This document shows positions 43,987 through 48,284 of a stretch of DNA of 48,284 bases, piece by piece. The notes under the pieces are model-generated. The model saw only the letters and a program-made list of their open reading frames with translations. It was not told where the DNA came from and ran no database searches. This DNA is from Minisyncoccia bacterium. GTDB lineage: Bacteria; Patescibacteriota; Minisyncoccia; Phycocordibacterales; Phycocordibacteraceae. Position 1 is the first letter of the stretch, and the number at the start of each line of letters is the position of its first letter. Location of the stretch: positions 1 to 48,284 of the forward strand of contig JBFJWB010000001.1 in NCBI GenBank assembly GCA_041623915.1, written 5' to 3'. Position numbers and translations under genes: made by a program.

Positions 43987-46668
43987 ATGGTAGACCCAAT
44001 CTTTTCTGAATCTGTACCGCGAGTTCTTGCAGAATTAGATACCAACGAACAAGGATTATTGCCCGAAGAAGCTCGCGCACGCCTTTTGGCTCATGGAGCA
44101 AATTCATTACCAGAACCAAAAACGGATGGCGTATTAATTATATTCGCTAGACAATTCACAAGTCCGTTAATTTATGTGCTCGTAGTTGCTGGGATAATAC
44201 TTGCTTGGCTAGGTTCGCTCTCTGATGCAACAATAATCGCAGTAGTGCTAGTGTTCAACGCTATTGTTGGGACAATACAAGAGGGGAAAGCACAAAATAC
44301 ACTACAAGCACTTAGACAATTTGTTACAACTAAGGCCACGGTACTTCGTGGAGGAAAAGAATTTATCATTCCTGATACGGATGTTGTGGTTGGGGATATA
44401 ATTCTTCTTTCAGAAGGAGAAAAGGTTCCGGCAGATGCATACATCTTGAGTTTAGAAAACTTAACCATTGAAGAAGCTGCTCTTACAGGAGAATCCACAC
44501 CGGTACATAAAGAATTTCTGTTAGATGGATCAACAGATAAACATAACCCTACGCACCGACTACTTCGTGGGACGACAGTCGTGGCTGGTTCTGGTACTGC
44601 GGTAGTTACCGCTACTGGCGCAAATACTTTTATTGGCACAATCGCAAAAGATCTAAGTGTAATTCATACAGATATTCCTCTGGAATCACAAATACGTGCG
44701 CTTTCACGAATCATTGTTCTTGCTGTTTTGGGGATAAGCATAGTGTTGTTTACGGCTGGCTTGTTCGCCGGTGAAGAACCTAGCGTACTTTTTGCTACTG
44801 TTGTATCAATAGCGGTTGCTGTAATTCCAGAAGGACTACCTATTGTAGTAACACTTGTACTCGCTACTGGAGTTTGGCGCATGAGTCGTAGAAACGCACT
44901 AGTAAAACGCTTAGCTGCCGTGGAAGCATTAGGACAAGCAGAAGTAATTGCAGTAGACAAGACAGGTACATTAACCAAGAACGAGATGTTGGTTGAAAGG
45001 GTATATGTTGGAGACACCCATTATTTTGTGAGCGGTTCGGGGTACGAGCCAGTTGGTACTGTGCGAGTAGATGGGAAAGAGACAGCGCCAGAGCATCATC
45101 CAGATTTATTGCATATTGCTACTGCTTCCGCACTCTGTTCAAGTGCACACGTGCTTTTTTCTGAAGAAAATAAACAATGGCGAGTAACAGGAGACCCTAC
45201 AGAGGCAGCGCTTGTTGTGTTCGCTAGAAAACTCGGTTTTACGCGCGACAAGCTGGAACATGTTGTGCCAAAAATAGCAGAATTACCATTTACTTATCAG
45301 CGCAAGTATCACGCCACACTTCACCAGTGCGATGATTACAAAAAATTAACTGTAATAGGCGCCCCAGAAGTCGTTCTTGCTTTGTCCAATAAAGTCTGGC
45401 AGGCAGATGGTAAGAAGCTCATGCTTACGAAGAAACGTCATGAGGAATTTATAAGTACACTCACATCACTTTCTGAACAAGGACTTAGGGTGGTAGCGGT
45501 GGCAACAGCAACATATAAGCACCATACACTTGATGAATCATATATCGGGAAGCTTTCGTTTGGTGGATTTATAGCAATGAAAGACGGGCTCCGTCCGGAA
45601 GTTCCAGAAGCAATGCAAAAAGCGCATGGTGCTGGTATACGCGTTGTGATGATTACAGGTGACTATGAAGGCACCGCAAAAGCAATTGCAAAAGAGGCTG
45701 GTATTTTCACGTCTGGTGACCGAGTATTGTCTGGGGTAGACATAGAACGCTTCACCGACCCAGAGTTAGCTCAGGAACTTGAAGGAGTGACGGTATTTGC
45801 GCGGGTGACTCCTGAGCACAAGATGCGCATTATTCAGGCGTATCGCGCTCGCGGAGAGATTGTTGCCATGACCGGAGATGGAGTTAATGACGCTTCGTCT
45901 CTCGCTGCCGCTGACCTTGGGGTTGCCATGGGGAAGGTGGGGACAGAAGTTGCAAAAGAGGCGGCAGACATTGTGCTTTTGGATGATAATTTCGGAAGCA
46001 TTGTTTCGGCTGTGGAAGAAGGGCGCGGGATCTATCGGACTGTCAAGAAGGTAATTTTATATCTTTTCTCGGCAAACACGGGAGGAGTGCTTGCTATTTC
46101 CGGAGGTATTGCGTTAGGCTTCCCTCTCATTCTTTTGCCGGCACAGATCATTTGGCTCAATTTGGTAACGGACGGTCTCTTGGATGTGGCACTTGCTATG
46201 GATCCGCACGAAAAAGGCTTACTTAAAGGACGTGTTAAACGCCCTGGAAAATATCTTGTTGACCGGCTGATGGCGGTGCGTATATTTGTGATGGCCGTAC
46301 CTATGGCTATCGGAACACTTCTGCTCTATAGCCACTTTATAGGTGATGTAGCAAAGGCAGGCACTTTGGCACTTACTACACTTGCTGTTGCGCAGTGGTA
46401 TAACTTTTGGAGCTGCCGTTCAGAAGATCGTTCTATATTCACAATGAATCCATTTTCAAACAAATATATCGTTGGAGCGATTATTACTATTGTCTCACTG
46501 CACATTGCTGCAGTGCATATGGAGTTCTTCAACAATATATTGCACACGGTACCGCTCACACTCTCCGAGTGGGGACTGGCGCTACTCGTGGCCCTGCCGG
46601 TTGTCTTTGCTGAGGAATTCAGAAAACTCTTGGTTCGCACCAGATTCTTTCATATACGCTCGGCGTAA
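43987..46668 (+). CDS. P-type cation-transporting ATPase, Ca2+-ATPase-like (type II)
   Basis: TGES, phosphorylation site DKTGTLT, MITGD, TGDGVNDA. 893 aa with 10 predicted TMs. Confidence 0.95.
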   Translation: MVDPIFSESVPRVLAELDTNEQGLLPEEARARLLAHGANSLPEPKTDGVLIIFARQFTSPLIYVLVVAGIILAWLGSLSDATIIAVVLVFNAIVGTIQEGKAQNTLQALRQFVTTKATVLRGGKEFIIPDTDVVVGDIILLSEGEKVPADAYILSLENLTIEEAALTGESTPVHKEFLLDGSTDKHNPTHRLLRGTTVVAGSGTAVVTATGANTFIGTIAKDLSVIHTDIPLESQIRALSRIIVLAVLGISIVLFTAGLFAGEEPSVLFATVVSIAVAVIPEGLPIVVTLVLATGVWRMSRRNALVKRLAAVEALGQAEVIAVDKTGTLTKNEMLVERVYVGDTHYFVSGSGYEPVGTVRVDGKETAPEHHPDLLHIATASALCSSAHVLFSEENKQWRVTGDPTEAALVVFARKLGFTRDKLEHVVPKIAELPFTYQRKYHATLHQCDDYKKLTVIGAPEVVLALSNKVWQADGKKLMLTKKRHEEFISTLTSLSEQGLRVVAVATATYKHHTLDESYIGKLSFGGFIAMKDGLRPEVPEAMQKAHGAGIRVVMITGDYEGTAKAIAKEAGIFTSGDRVLSGVDIERFTDPELAQELEGVTVFARVTPEHKMRIIQAYRARGEIVAMTGDGVNDASSLAAADLGVAMGKVGTEVAKEAADIVLLDDNFGSIVSAVEEGRGIYRTVKKVILYLFSANTGGVLAISGGIALGFPLILLPAQIIWLNLVTDGLLDVALAMDPHEKGLLKGRVKRPGKYLVDRLMAVRIFVMAVPMAIGTLLLYSHFIGDVAKAGTLALTTLAVAQWYNFWSCRSEDRSIFTMNPFSNKYIVGAIITIVSLHIAAVHMEFFNNILHTVPLTLSEWGLALLVALPVVFAEEFRKLLVRTRFFHIRSA

Positions 46669-46701
46669 CCAGTTCGAAGGAATGTAATATATCTTTAGTA
46701 C

Positions 46702-46730
46702 TTGCAATTTATATACAGCTGTGCTATAGT
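46702..46730 (+). promoter_or_regulatory. Putative sigma70-like promoter
   Basis: TTGCAA, 17-nt spacer, TATAGT, about 70 nt upstream of the GTG start at 46801. Confidence 0.35.
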
Positions 46731-46800
46731 TTCGGATAGTTGAATTGAGGGCATGCTGCCTGCATTTCAGATCTTTCTATCCTAAAAAAGGAGGCGTCTA

Positions 46801-47331
46801 GTGCCTATTCCAGCGAATGATAAGATTCGCTGGAAAGAGCGAATCGCAACTGTGGCCTTGGGTCACAGCTTTAAAGAAGCGGAAGAGTTTTGGTTTGACT
46901 GGGTTCTCTACCCGTATGTGATTGCCGTTCACGGCTCACTATTGGGAGGTCTGGCCATGATGGCTCTTTCTGCTCTCTCTAGTTACAGCTACATTATTTT
47001 GTATGACTGGTCGCGGACGGACTGGCTTGGGCTTGAACTGCTTAAGCAAATCCGTGAGGGGAATGAGCCTAAAAGTTGGTGGAGAAAGGTGATACGCAAA
47101 GCCCAACAAGGCCGACTCGGGAATACAGTAGTGTTTCTTATCCTGTCGATCCGGAAGGACCCGTTTGTAACTACTGCGTATCTACGTCGTGGAAGCGGAC
47201 TTTACAACGGCATGTCACAAAGGGATTGGAAAATCTTCTTTGCAAGCGTTGCTGTGGGTAATCTTGTATGGACCGGCTTCGTCAGTGCCACCGTTGAGGC
47301 CTTCCGTGGATTGTGGCAGATCCTAGGATAA
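46801..47331 (+). CDS. Hypothetical membrane protein (GTG start)
   Basis: RBS AAGGAGG 7 nt upstream, with three to four hydrophobic segments, followed by a terminator. Confidence 0.5.
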   Translation: MPIPANDKIRWKERIATVALGHSFKEAEEFWFDWVLYPYVIAVHGSLLGGLAMMALSALSSYSYIILYDWSRTDWLGLELLKQIREGNEPKSWWRKVIRKAQQGRLGNTVVFLILSIRKDPFVTTAYLRRGSGLYNGMSQRDWKIFFASVAVGNLVWTGFVSATVEAFRGLWQILG

Positions 47332-47362
47332 ACACCCGTATTTTTTTTACGGGTGTTTTTTT
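47330..47362 (+). terminator. Rho-independent terminator
   Basis: AACACCCGTA-T8-TACGGGTGTT followed by TTTTT. Confidence 0.7.
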
Positions 47363-47380
47363 GTGGTACCATTTTATATT

Positions 47381-47740
47381 ATGGTCAATTTAGGCAAGAA
47401 GGACGGGGCACCTCTGTTACAGGGAAAGAGTTCACTACTGAATAAGGTTCTCTTTGGAGTATTTTTTCTTTCCGTAGCAGTGATCGTGGCTAACAATTAC
47501 TATCAGTACGCCATTTTGAAAAATTATGACATGTATATTGAGGTGCAATGTGATTTCAGTACAGAATCGGGATGTATCCGCCGAGATTGTAATGAGGAAG
47601 AGTGTCCACCAAATGAGCTTGAGAGTTATAAGATATACAAAATAAAAGCCAAGGACCTTGCTTTTTGCCAAGACGGAACATGTTACGAAGAGTGTGCCAA
47701 CATGATTATTTCTTGCGAAGCTCAAGCACTTGAAGAATGA
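47381..47740 (+). CDS. Small membrane-anchored Cys-rich protein (hypothetical)
   Basis: One TM (VLFGVFFLSVAVIVA), then 8 Cys in about 70 aa. Confidence 0.4.
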   Translation: MVNLGKKDGAPLLQGKSSLLNKVLFGVFFLSVAVIVANNYYQYAILKNYDMYIEVQCDFSTESGCIRRDCNEEECPPNELESYKIYKIKAKDLAFCQDGTCYEECANMIISCEAQALEE

Positions 47741-47747
47741 GTTACGC

Positions 47748-48284
47748 ATGAAAGAGGCCGAAATGCAGAATATTCTCAGCTCCCGTGGCAATTTCAATAC
47801 AGGGATTTACACTTCACTGACTGAGGCGGTCTCAGAATTTGCCCGTAGACAAAAAGATCCAGAGCTCATAGCACGCGTAAAAGAATATATTGGAGCAGGT
47901 GGTATACCCCCTATTCTAGAATCTGGACAAGAAGTACCGGCTGTGATTTTTAGGCAAGTTTGTTCGCCAAACTACGAAATTAGGCGGTTTATAAATATTG
48001 CGGAGTTGGGGGACTTGAAACCTGTATTTTGGGAGTACCATTCAGACAAATATGTAACCAACAATACCGACAAATATTTTCTGGGGAAAATCACTTTTCA
48101 TGGACAAGGAGATAAAGATGGGCATCCAGAGGAGTTTGAAAAAATAATTGATTTTCAAAAATATAATGTCAGATTGAAAACAAGACTGATCCGTATGGAG
48201 GAGAAAGTAGGACACAACAGCGGGATGGAGGATCCCGAAGAGTCGCAGAAGCGTGCGCGCCCTGTGTCCAGTTTCGAGAACGAG
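47748..48284 (+). CDS. Hypothetical protein, 3' end outside the window
   Basis: ATG at 47748 followed by 179 stop-free codons to the window edge in AT-rich DNA. It is absent from the supplied ORF track, probably because it is open-ended. Confidence 0.5.
   Translation, partial: MKEAEMQNILSSRGNFNTGIYTSLTEAVSEFARRQKDPELIARVKEYIGAGGIPPILESGQEVPAVIFRQVCSPNYEIRRFINIAELGDLKPVFWEYHSDKYVTNNTDKYFLGKITFHGQGDKDGHPEEFEKIIDFQKYNVRLKTRLIRMEEKVGHNSGMEDPEESQKRARPVSSFENE

Overview
This 48.3-kb window comes from an AT-rich bacterial genome that uses the standard genetic code: TGA ends ligA and the radical SAM gene, and an RF2 gene is present.

The backbone (about 1-14.7 kb and 39-48.3 kb) carries housekeeping genes: the ligA 3' end, gatC, gatA, an ECF sigma factor with its anti-sigma partner, prfB, ftsE, ftsX and pyrG. 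It also holds six tRNAs (two CAT, Asp-GTC, Thr-GGT, Thr-CGT, Gln-CTG), a SET-domain protein, a SemiSWEET, a cupredoxin, a prolyl oligopeptidase, and a calcium-handling cluster (a CaCA exchanger and a P-type Ca2+-ATPase flanking an orphan DUF444/YeaH gene). Short proteins and gene content hint at a small-genome, CPR/Patescibacteria-like organism, but that is inference only.

About 24 kb of accessory DNA lies between tRNA-Gln (14613-14686) and a near-identical 30-nt copy of its 3' end and flank at 38919-38948. Most of it (about 15.6-37.7 kb) is visibly more GC-rich. It contains four parts:
- An NrtR (Nudix-related NAD regulator) gene, followed by a consensus-like promoter overlapped by a 31-nt palindrome. 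This appears to drive one co-directional operon: PP2C phosphatase, Ser/Thr-like kinase, nicotinamidase, vWA protein, glutamine-dependent NAD synthetase, nicotinate phosphoribosyltransferase. A TerY-P-like signalling triad is thus interleaved with NAD+ salvage enzymes. This is the most interesting candidate system in the window.
- A very AT-rich large serine recombinase with a phage-derived module that has no virion structural genes. The module holds terminase small and large subunits, a ParB-DNA methyltransferase fusion, an XRE/ImmA switch, a T5orf172 GIY-YIG protein and a DUF2779 nuclease.
- A small Cys-containing protein, a radical SAM/SPASM enzyme and an overlapping MTAP-family phosphorylase, followed by an ABC-F ATPase.
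- A P-loop kinase-like protein and an intact Nudix hydrolase.

Two 94-nt repeats (about 93% identical) bracket the prolyl oligopeptidase gene, and their 3' ends resemble the tRNA-Gln 3' end.

All calls rest on reading translated motifs and repeats by eye; no database search was run.
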